From the NCBI GenBank assembly GCA_043228905.1, contig JBHGNT010000001.1:15810001-15874000 (forward strand): a stretch of DNA of 64,000 bases. Direction: 5' to 3'. The DNA is from Azolla caroliniana. Its lineage: Eukaryota > Plantae > Polypodiophyta. Positions within the stretch are counted from its first letter, which is position 1. Each line of letters begins with the position of its first letter. The notes beneath the pieces were generated by a model. That model did no database searches and was not told the origin of the DNA. It saw only the letters and a list, made by a program, of their open reading frames with translations. The position numbers were made by a program, and so were the translations under genes. Positions 51,184 through 61,231 of this stretch are shown here, piece by piece.

Positions 51184-53244
51184 GCGGCTAAAGATATGAA
51201 CGTTAGCAGCAAAGAAGCACGTAAGCAAGCCAATACCGCCACCAAGTTGTGGCAAGCATCGGAACACCGCCTAGCCGCACTAGAGGCACGACTCCAGAGA
51301 TAAGCGGAGTTTGCTTTGCTCGGCTTGCCCCCTCCCACCTCCAACCCATAGGAAGCGTCGACCCAAATGAAACGACGAAGTTGCGTCGAGCTGATAGATA
51401 TATCCACCCAAACATATTCACCCAGCCCCTGCGCAATGCAGGATGAAACAACCCAAACCGAGGACGGTCATAACACGGTTCCGTTCGAAGATGTCATCCG
51501 CCAATATAGGGAAGAGCTTATCATTCAAACGGCCATTGCAGACAAAGCTAAGGAGCGATACGACACAGCTAAAGCCAAGATTGCCAAGATAAAGGAGCAA
51601 GCAACGAAAAAGGAAGCCGAGCTAAAACAATTGCTCCATGACCGGACGATCAAGCTCCATGAGATAGAAAACAACGTCACAGCCGCCCTCAAGACTACAT
51701 AGGATATAGCTACCACACAAATATCATCTCTAAACCAGGAGCTCGTGGAACTAAAGGAGCGCTCCAGTCAGTTCCTGCATAAATTGGACCAAACCGAGAC
51801 GGAGCGATGCCAACCGGCGAACTCCCTTCACGAACATCAAATAAACACAGCGTTGGAGCTCGAAAGGCAACACGAGAAGTATTTGAAGGAATCAGCCGAC
51901 AGCACGGATCGTCTCCTCCGGCGGTTTGACCAATTAACGGAAGAGACGGAGGCAAGGCTCACCACGATCAACATGTCGTGCTCATCACTGAAGCGGGAGG
52001 CAGAAGAAACTAAAAGAGAAACTATCACCCTACAAGCCAAATACGACATGTGTGAGGAACGAATCCACGACTTGATGGTCAAACAACGGTAGAAGCTCAA
52101 CCGGAAGGTCAAAGAGACTCTCTCCAACGGCTGGAAGGAATGGTCGGCTCAAGCAAACAAACACCTGGTTTTACGGGCTAACGCCGAAAACCGGAAGAAA
52201 GAAGGTCGCGCCTTCTATAAAATGGACGAAAATAGCATCCAAATGGTCCGAGAAGACCTCGCTGAAGACTTCCAAGCCTTGGTAAAAATGCACACCACGG
52301 TAATCGAAAGCCTCCTTGAGGAATTCAACAACAACCAGTTGTTGTTTATGCTTGAAACCGAACGGGCCTTCACGGAAACAGCTTCTGACCAGACGGACAA
52401 AGCCGTGATGGAGACGGCACCACGACCAGACCAAGAACATGAAGCCCCCACCCCACCAGCAACGAGGACAGTTACCGAACACGAGCCCGATTTTTCAGCC
52501 GAGCGACCTCACAGAACGAGCCGGAACCAACTATCTCGGCGACCACGATGGAGGAAACAACCATGCACCCAACCTCCGAAGGCATCCTTGACATTTTGAC
52601 CAAGGAATGAGTACCATATAAATTTTGCGGTTCTTTTCGATTTTGGTGGGTTCGACGTGCGAAGGCACTGTCCCACAAGCGTGCCAGGTGTTGTCTGTGG
52701 GACAGATTGATAATTTGGGTATGAAATGAATCTAGATGTAGGTGAAGTAGGTAAAGGAAACCATAACATGGAAGGTATCGAAGAAAATGTTGCCGTGAAA
52801 CGTGGAGCCAAAAACAAGTAAAGACTGAAGCACGCCAAGCGGGAAAGAAAACTATAAAACATGAAGTAGAAATGAAATAGAGGAGGAGGACAGAAGAGGG
52901 AAGAGAAGCTACCTATTTAGAATAGAAATATAGTACTAAGACACATAGAATATCTTATTGAGCTTTTTGTTTGTAACTCCGGCCGTGCATCGTGTATTAC
53001 TATTCCGGATTAGATAATATATATCTAGTTTTGTGTCCAATCTAGTTTGTGTCTTGAGATCGCTTCTGAACTATAACATCTTAAATTAATATCCTATTTT
53101 ACGGTTAACATACGTTGACCGTCTCTCTGTACGAATCGGATTGCCGAGCAATCCCTCTCTCACCCTGACCTCCACCACGTACCACAGTCCCCTAATCCGA
53201 TTACCATAGGAGTAATCGAAGGTGTTGCTTCCGAGAAGGAGACA
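51184..53244 (+). mobile_element. 3' end of a probable LTR element: decayed coiled-coil extra ORF plus putative LTR 52692-53244
   Basis: E/K/Q-rich heptad-like ORF pieces at 51184-52599; TGTCT...AGACA ends; no clear PPT. Confidence 0.55.
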
Positions 53245-54385
53245 ACGTGGATTGGTTCCGGATTCTTGGTCCTTCCGGTGAGCTTCTTCATCCAGCAAGC
53301 TTGATTTTATCCTTGCTAGGGACATGTGTTTTCCTTCCGGCCTGGCGTTGCCCAGAGTGCCAACTAGCGTCTCCCAACTATCCGGGAGGGAACCGAGCAA
53401 CAGCAACGTGAGTACCTCATTGGCTAGAGGTACTTCCAATGAGGTTGTTTGATTTAAAAGCCCCTTGAAGGCATTCATGTGCTCCATCATACTGGAGTCG
53501 TCTTGGTATCGGAGTCTCACTAACTTCTGGAATACTGAGACCTAATTCACATCATTCTTACTCTCCAACATGGTACCAATTTTCTCCCAGAGCACATGAG
53601 TCTAACTTTCTTCATTGAAGTTGTTTTACATGCTCATGTCAATGTCACATCGGATGTAAGCCATCATCTTCATATGCATCACCTCCTAGGTCGTAGCATC
53701 GAACTTGTCCAGTCTTTTGTCTCCAAACTGTACCAGCAACCAGAGATCTTTAACCACCAACATGTCCCTCATCTTCAACTTCCACACTGGGTAGTTGGAG
53801 TCGGTGAGCTTGAACTTGCCACCGAATGGACCTTCCATGCTCTGATACCATATTGATAGGAATAGTGCTCGGGCACAACCTAGTCTCAAACTCACAATGG
53901 AAGAAATAAACAGAAAGTAGCAATGCACTTGACAAGATAGAAAAGACAACACCAGATGTTAACGTGGAAAACCTTAATCGGGAAAAACCACGGGAGCCCA
54001 CAAACTCCAACTATCACTATGAGAAAGGAAGGGTACAATGGTATGAGACTCAAAGGCAACGGCCTCGAGCTCTACCTTGGCCAACCGGCGATTACAACAT
54101 CAATTATAATGATGATCTACAACTCTCAGCCAACACATAATAACAATATTGCCCTAGTTATATTTATACTTATATAACTTTGGGGCTATATACAAATATT
54201 ACCTGAAACAATCACATTGGAACATATACATAAACTAATGTCTGACCGGATACCAACCGGATCCATCTGATCCGGTTTTTGGATATTTTCCGGATCCATC
54301 TATTATGGTTCTTTCCTTCGGCTCGTCCGATCCGGCTTGTCTGATTCTCATCAAGATCCCATCCGGAGGGACTAAATTCCCAATA
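53245..54385 (-). mobile_element. Copia family-1 5' fragment (LTR 53854-54385, PBS 53839-53850, gag)
   Basis: TGGTATCAGAGC directly followed by ATG; LLLGSLPDSWETLV. Confidence 0.9.
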
Positions 54386-55197
54386 AGTTTCACACGAGGA
54401 GGTCCCGGAGGATCACTCTGTTCTCTGTCACTTCGCTTGATTATTGTACGTACCAAGTGGCGGCGACATTTTTGAGAAGGGTACGAACTTCCAAAGCTTT
54501 GCACTCGTCAGACCATCAATGATAAATGGAGATGATCTCAAAGTGGTCCAACCAGGCTAAGACATCCTCAGAAGGCAAGCCGGATAAGGACTTTGGTCGG
54601 ACCTTGGAATTTGGCCAATCTTGAGCGTGATCGTTGTTAGTGGAGAGGAAGGAGAGCATAGCTAGATTTGTGTGGCTGATTTGAAGCATGGTGTTGGAGA
54701 GGACTTGCAGGAGCTGCTCCATTTGAACAGGGGGTGGCCGTTCATGAGGTTGCGGGAACTCAGGCTACATAGGGGTATCGGCTTCGGAGGCGACGGAAGC
54801 GAATTAGGATGCCATGAATGAGGTGGTAGTGGCCAAAATTTTACCCCGCTTCTCCACCAATATGTGAAATGCACATAAAAGGAATCCAAACCAGCTTGCT
54901 TAGCTTCTTACTTATCATTCAATTTATAGAAGATACAAAGGTACCTATTTTGGGTTGGCCTAGCTACATGCGTGCCAAAAGGGTATGCCAAAAGGGTGGT
55001 GTGTTAAAAGGCATGCACTTGCACGAAAGGGACACCACAATATACTAAAGACTAGAATATTCTGAGTGTACTATATGTTAGACTATACAATATTAAACCA
55101 TATATAATTTATATGTAACTTAAGGGTTTCCATATGGTTTATCTAATACTATTTATTGGTTGTGTTATAGGTCAGAGGTTTGAGTCTAGAGGTGACA
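54386..55197 (-). mobile_element. Gypsy 5' fragment: LTR 54863-55197, tRNA-Ala-like PBS 54841-54859, gag start
   Basis: TGTCA...TCACA ends; PBS TGGTGGAGAAGCGGGG; PKSLSGLPSEDVLAWLDHFE gag-like motif. Confidence 0.78.
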
Positions 55198-57162
55198 GCA
55201 AAGGCAGAGGAGGTGGACTCGGCCCATCTTATGAAGGGAATTCAAACCCTTAGAAAGGAGATGGAAGCCTTCAAGGAACCTTCAGAAGAAGGGGGAGTTC
55301 CCATCCTGAACAAGGTCTGCAAAGCAAACCATTTACCTGCAACTATTTTGGGAAGATTGGCCACACCGGAAAAAGGAGTGCCAAAGGAAGAGAAAGGAGT
55401 CGACTTCCACAAGGCGACAACTCACAAATTACGCCACCAACTCCGAATACGACAACTATGGTGGATTGTTCGTCATGCACATTAAGGCTAACTCTATGTC
55501 AGCATCTGACTCCACTAGCACCTCCAATTCGGAAGACATGTGGTTCATTGACTCCAGCGCCTCAAATCATATGATGTCACACCAAGAATGGTTTTGTCGC
55601 TTAAGAATGTCGGATCGTCCCGGCTACATAGACACGGGAGACAACACCACACATCCTATTGGGCACATTGGCAACGTTCCATTCAGAAAAAATGGCATAA
55701 ACAATTGCATCAAGAATGTCTTGCAGGTTCCTACAATAACAAATAATTTGGTCTCGATCAACCAAATCGTGGAGCAAAGCATGCAAGTCCATTTCAACAA
55801 CGGAGTATGCTTTATAGAAAAGAATTGGACCGACTCATAGCCATAGGAAGAAAAGAAGACTGGATGTTTATTCTTGATTCGAACGAGGTAAAATCGGCCA
55901 TGTATGCCAAAGGTCTCAAGGTGGAGACAAATATAGAACTGTGGCACAAGAGAATCTGCCACATCAACCTCCAATAGCTTCGAACGATGCAATCAAAGGG
56001 AATCGTCATCGAACTTCCAGCATTTGAGTCAAAACAAGTGATTGAGTGTGTGAAGCATGTCAACTCGGCAAACAACGCAAATTTCCCCTTCCAAAGGAGA
56101 GCTACATAAGCAAAGGCCTCCTCAACATGATCCACTTGGATGTATGGGAACTGGCTCAAACACCGACGATCGGAGGATGCCGTTATTACTGTCACCTTCA
56201 TCGACGACCACTCGCACTACACATTGATCTTCCCGATGAAGAAGAAGAGTGAAGTGCTCTCACACTTCCAAAAGCTCAAGAGCCAAGTCGAAAAAGAAAC
56301 TAGACGACATATTTGATGCCTACGATTGGATGGAGGAAAGGAGTACTTCTCCGATAAATTCATCTCCTATCTCCAAGATGAGGGAATATGGAGAGAATTT
56401 TCATGTTGACACACACCCCAAAAAAATGGAATAGCTGAAAGGAAGAATTGACATATACTTGAGGTAGCATGTGCCATGTTGCATGAGAAGCACATGTCGA
56501 CCTTCTATTAGGTTGAAGCAACATCCACAACTTCCTACCTTATGAATCGGTGCACCACTAATGGAATGCATGAGCTAACTCCATATGAGATCTTTGTTGG
56601 AAGGAAGTCGATCCTTTCGCACGTAAAATTATTCGGAAGTATTGTGTATGTTCACATCCCGAACAAAAAACGGTAGACGCTCAACCCGAAGTCAGAGAAA
56701 TGTATCCTCATAGGATACTCGTCTAAGCAAAAGGGGTACAGGTGCTTCAACCCTTCGACCCGAGCGGTTCAGGTAAGTCAGAACGTAATCTTTGATGAAT
56801 CAACATCATGGTATGAACCTGATTCGACTCCATCCGAATTGACTGAGGAAGAGTTGGACGTCAATACGGATGACAAAATTTAGCCGAGGCATGTACCTAG
56901 TGGAAGTTCAAGCTCAACCATGATGAGTGGACCACATGAGCCTCCAAACATCGAAAGCATATCTTGACCAAGGGGCCGGATCGGACAAAGGCAAAGGTAA
57001 GATGCTCGAATATGAAGTCAACCACCCCAACGAAAGTAATTCAGATGTGTCAACTCCATCGCTCGATAGTGAGTTTGGTGTACCCGTTATGCGGATACCC
57101 GATGTAAAGAAGGTGCTGACATCAACAAATGAAAAACTCTGACGCTTGTCTAGAGAGAACGG
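55198..57162 (+). pseudogene. Decayed copia family-2 gag-PR-INT fragment
   Basis: WFIDSSASNHM, WHKRICH, CEACQLGKQ, LDGGKEY; many stops. Confidence 0.9.
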
Positions 57163-57262
57163 TGTCGTGAAGAAAACCGTCCCTTAGCGCAATCGGTGCA
57201 TAGAGCGCGTGAACCGGCTCTTCACACGTGCGCGCCCTTTAATGTATATAGTAGAGAATTAG
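57163..57262 (+). repeat. Start of an element-A-family LTR, interrupted by a copia insertion
   Basis: TGTCGTGAAGAAAACCGTCCCT matches the reverse complement of the A LTR end at 28646-28667; preceded by ACGG. Confidence 0.8.
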
Positions 57263-57590
57263 TGTTGAGCGGCAAGCTCAATCGGAGCCGGATCGGCTGA
57301 ATAAGCCGGAGCCGGTAAGCGAGACAGATCGGGCGAAACGGATCGGTATGACGGTGAGCAACCGAACCGGCAAGCAGTGGAGGCCGGGTGCAATCCGTAA
57401 CCGGAAGTCCAATCGGAAGCCTAGTATAGGATAGACTACTAGGTAGCTATAGTCTCGTAGTAAGTGTTAGATGCTCGTGTGAGCATTGAAGTACATGGTA
57501 CTTCTGTCAGTCCCAAGAGGACTTGTATAAATAGTGCTACTTAGCACAGTGTGTAGACGGAGTCTTTATATAATTTTGAAATTGTGTTCT

Positions 57591-57635
<45 letters not shown>

Positions 57636-60600
57636 TGTTCTCTGTTTTACGCTTCTGCGAACACTTACATTCACATGGTATCAGAGCGCGAGGGTTGGGA
57701 ACCTCTGCTGCAGACATTTACTCTTGAGAAGAAAACCCTAACAGGTCGAAAACAGACACAGTAGAAGACATGGATAGAGGCATGGCTACGTCGCTCCCGG
57801 TGGAGAAGCTCGACAGGAGCAACTACGCATCCTGGTCTTACAAGATGCACCAGTACTTGCTTGGACACAGGTACTGGAGTTATGTCGAAGGAGCGAATGA
57901 TGCGGCGCAAGACTCGGCACACAAGGACTTCCCGGTATGGGAACAGGCGGCAAGCAGGGTGATGTACTGCTTCGCGTCCAGTGTCGGCAATCAGCTGCTC
58001 AACCACATCCGTGACGCCAAGACACCGAAGGATGCTTGGGGGAACCTGAAAAAGGTTTTCGCCGCAAGCACCACTGCTCGGAAGCTGCAACTCAGACAGG
58101 AGTTGAGCAATGTTCGACAGAAGAACATGTCCGTGGCAGACTACACGGGCCGGATAAGGAGATCTGCGACTCGCTTGCCTCTATCAATGTTACCGTAGAG
58201 GAAGACGAGATGGTGCAGGTATGTCTCGGAGGCCTGGCGTCCAAGTTCGGAGCGTTCCGGACTGCGGTGTGTACAAGGGAGAATACCCCCTCATTCTTCG
58301 ACTTACAGTCGATGCTCCTTGTAGAGGAGAACCACGCCGGTGCATCCAACAGTGCATCCCCGGACAGCCGAATGTTGTACACGGGAACAGATCGGCTCCA
58401 TGGGCGTGGTGGAAGAGGTGGGTTGGCACGCAATGGAGGCGGCCGGCAAGAGCAGGAACGGAGGCACTATGAGCGTGCCGACAGCAGTTCCGGGACTTCC
58501 ACAAGCAGGGGGAGTCAAGGCGGTGCCGGAGACCGGCAAGACAAATCCGCTACGGAATGCTGGTACTGTGGCAAAAAAGGCCACAAGGAAAGCGAGTGTT
58601 GGAGAAAGCGTGCCGATTCGGACAAATCCGGATCCGGCAAGACCGGTAAGGATGGCCAGCAAAACTCGCACTACGCAAACGGATCAGGAGGATCCGGAAC
58701 CGGAAAGGCCGGTAAGGGGCCAGCCTTGGTGATGAATCACAAGGCAAACTCAATGAAGAAGACCACTTCCAATACGGAGGAAGTGTGGTATGTTGATTCC
58801 GGCGCGTCGAACCACATGACGAGCCACAAAGAGTGGTTCTCCTTTCTAGAGAAACCGGATCAACCAGGAGTAGTCGAAACCGGAGACGACACTCCTCACC
58901 CAATCGTGCACGTCCGAGAAGTCCCTCTAAGCCACGTCGGACAGAAAGGGAAGCTGATGAACGTATTACACGTTCCGACAATCACGAAGAACCTGGTGTC
59001 CGTCGGTCAGATTGTCGACCAGGGGATGCAGGTGCGGTTTACGCACCTCGGGTGCTTCATTGAGGATGAGGGTGAAGTCATTGCGCAAGGGCGCAGAGAC
59101 GGGAGGATGTTTATCCTCAACACCAATGACGTTGGCACCGCTCTGTTCGCGAATCGACAGAAGGTCGAGTCGGACATCGACCTGTGGCACAAGCGGATAG
59201 GCCACGTCAACTACCGGAGGCTTCAAGACCTGCAAACGAAACAAGTCGTTTTCGGTTTGCCGAAGTTCAGCGGCCGGAGAGCCGAAATTTGTGAAGCCTG
59301 CCAACTTGGGAAGCAACACCGGCTTCCATTCCCCACCAAACGGAACTGGAGCCGTAACAAACTCGATCTCATCCATTCGGATGTGTGGGGACCGGCACAA
59401 AGTGTAAGCCTAGGCGGGAGCCGATACTTCGTCTCCTTCATCGACGACATTACGTGTTGAATATGCTATATAAGTTCGGCATGACGGATTGCTGACCTGT
59501 CTCCACACCCCTGGACCGGAACCAGAAGCTCCGTCCCAACTCCGGACCGGCCTACAATGAGAAACGGTTCCGACAGGTTGTCGGAAACCTGATCTACTTA
59601 ACCATCACCCGACCCGACATCAGCTATCCGGTCCGCATGGTAAGTCAGTTCATGCAGAAGCCGACCGTGGAGCACCTTCAGTGCGCGCAACGAATATTAC
59701 GGTATATCAGCGGCACTAAGGACCGGGGACTCCTATACCGGCGAGGTATACCCGAAGAGCTTGTCGGTTACACAGATGCTAACTGGGCCGGCGATGCTTA
59801 TGATCGCCGCTCCACTTCCGGATACATGTTCTCCATAGGTAGCGCGGCCGTTGCGTGGAGCAGCAAGAAGCAGCCCACAGTGGCTTTGTCAAGCACTGAG
59901 GCTGAGTACCGGGCCGCTACTGTTGCCACTTGTGAAGCCATCTGGCTTCGGCGACTGTTGCGAGACTTGCGGATCGAGGTACCGACCCCGATCCCAATGT
60001 ACTGCGATAACATGAGCAGCCTGCAGCTCGCCAGGAACCCTGTGTTCCATGCTCGCACAAAGCACATCGAGGTGCACTACCACTTCATGCGTGACCGGGT
60101 CCTGAGCGATGAAGTTTACCTACGGTATGTTCATACGGATCGGCAAGTTGCCTACATCTTCACCAAGCCGCTCGGATCGGACAAGTTGCAGCACTTTACC
60201 GACATGCTTGGTATTCAGCATCTCGACGTGCCGCACTTGAGGGGGAGAAGCAAGGGCAAAGTCTCTATCGAAACGGGCAATGGCCAAAAAATTGTTGAAC
60301 CCGTCGGTAAGAGGAGAGCCGGAAGAAGAGGAGACAAGAAGATGAAGGAAGCCGAGTCGACGAGGGAAGTCGACACATCCGAACAGGTCGGAGCAAGCGG
60401 CTGTGAAGAAGAGTTGTGCACTCAGGAAGAGAAGTGCATGCTGTGCGGAGGTCATCACGACGGTACTGACCATGATACAGAGTCGAATGAAGAATTTGAT
60501 TTCGGTTCACCGGCTGAAGAAGCCGAGGGAAGCATGGAGAAGGCCAAGACTCGGAAGTGGTTCGATATGGTGAGAGGCCTGAAGCCGGAAGTCGAATCGG

Positions 60601-61231
60601 AGTGTTCCGATTCGGACAAGAACTGGAACGAGTCGGAGATAGCTGACTCAGATCAACAGATGGATGCGGATGACTCAGATCGACTGAAGGCCAAGGGGAC
60701 ACGGACACAGCGGAAGTCGATGCCATCGTGGGAGAACCGACGGATCGGCAAGCGCCGAAGTCACAGCAACGTGAGTGCTAAGATGGGCCTATTGAGCAGA
60801 CATGCCGACCGAGAGGGTCGAGGCGCGCAAAACCAAAGGGGTCGCGGCAAACTGGACCGGACCGGACGAGGAGCGCGAGCAAGGCGGAGTGACGCTAGGA
60901 GAAGTCGGTTGGAAGAACCGACTGCCACAGAGGTCGACACTACGACCCCACCTCAGGTTGAGCTTGAGGGGGAGTGTTGAGCGGCAAGCTCAACCGGAGC
61001 CGGATCGGCTGAATAAGCCGGAGCCGGTAAGCGAGACAGATCGGGCGAAACGGATCGGTATGACGGTGAGCAACCGAACCGGCAAGCAGTGGAGGCCGGG
61101 TGCAATCCGTAACCGGAAGTCCAATCGGAAGCCTAGTATAGGATAGACTACTAGGTAGCTATAGTCTCATAGTAAGCGTTAGATGCTCGTGTGAGCATTG
61201 AAGTACATGGTACTTCTGTCAGTCCCAAGAG
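57263..61231 (+). mobile_element. Internally deleted copia family-2 element
   Basis: 5' LTR 57263-57675, PBS 57676-57687, gag-PR-INT start; deletion near 59448 removes the INT core and most of RT; RH; 3' LTR from 60975, interrupted at 61231. Confidence 0.92.
59637..60980 (+). CDS. Copia RT end and RNase H with an about 240-aa charged C-terminal extension
   Basis: SKKQPTVALSSTEAEY, CDN, HARTKHIEVHYHF, then an open frame running into the LTR. Confidence 0.75.
   Translation: MVSQFMQKPTVEHLQCAQRILRYISGTKDRGLLYRRGIPEELVGYTDANWAGDAYDRRSTSGYMFSIGSAAVAWSSKKQPTVALSSTEAEYRAATVATCEAIWLRRLLRDLRIEVPTPIPMYCDNMSSLQLARNPVFHARTKHIEVHYHFMRDRVLSDEVYLRYVHTDRQVAYIFTKPLGSDKLQHFTDMLGIQHLDVPHLRGRSKGKVSIETGNGQKIVEPVGKRRAGRRGDKKMKEAESTREVDTSEQVGASGCEEELCTQEEKCMLCGGHHDGTDHDTESNEEFDFGSPAEEAEGSMEKAKTRKWFDMVRGLKPEVESECSDSDKNWNESEIADSDQQMDADDSDRLKAKGTRTQRKSMPSWENRRIGKRRSHSNVSAKMGLLSRHADREGRGAQNQRGRGKLDRTGRGARARRSDARRSRLEEPTATEVDTTTPPQVELEGEC

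Noticed and set aside
54841-54859. tRNA-Ala 3' end including CCA
   Set aside because: It is only 19 nt next to an LTR, so it is a primer-binding site.
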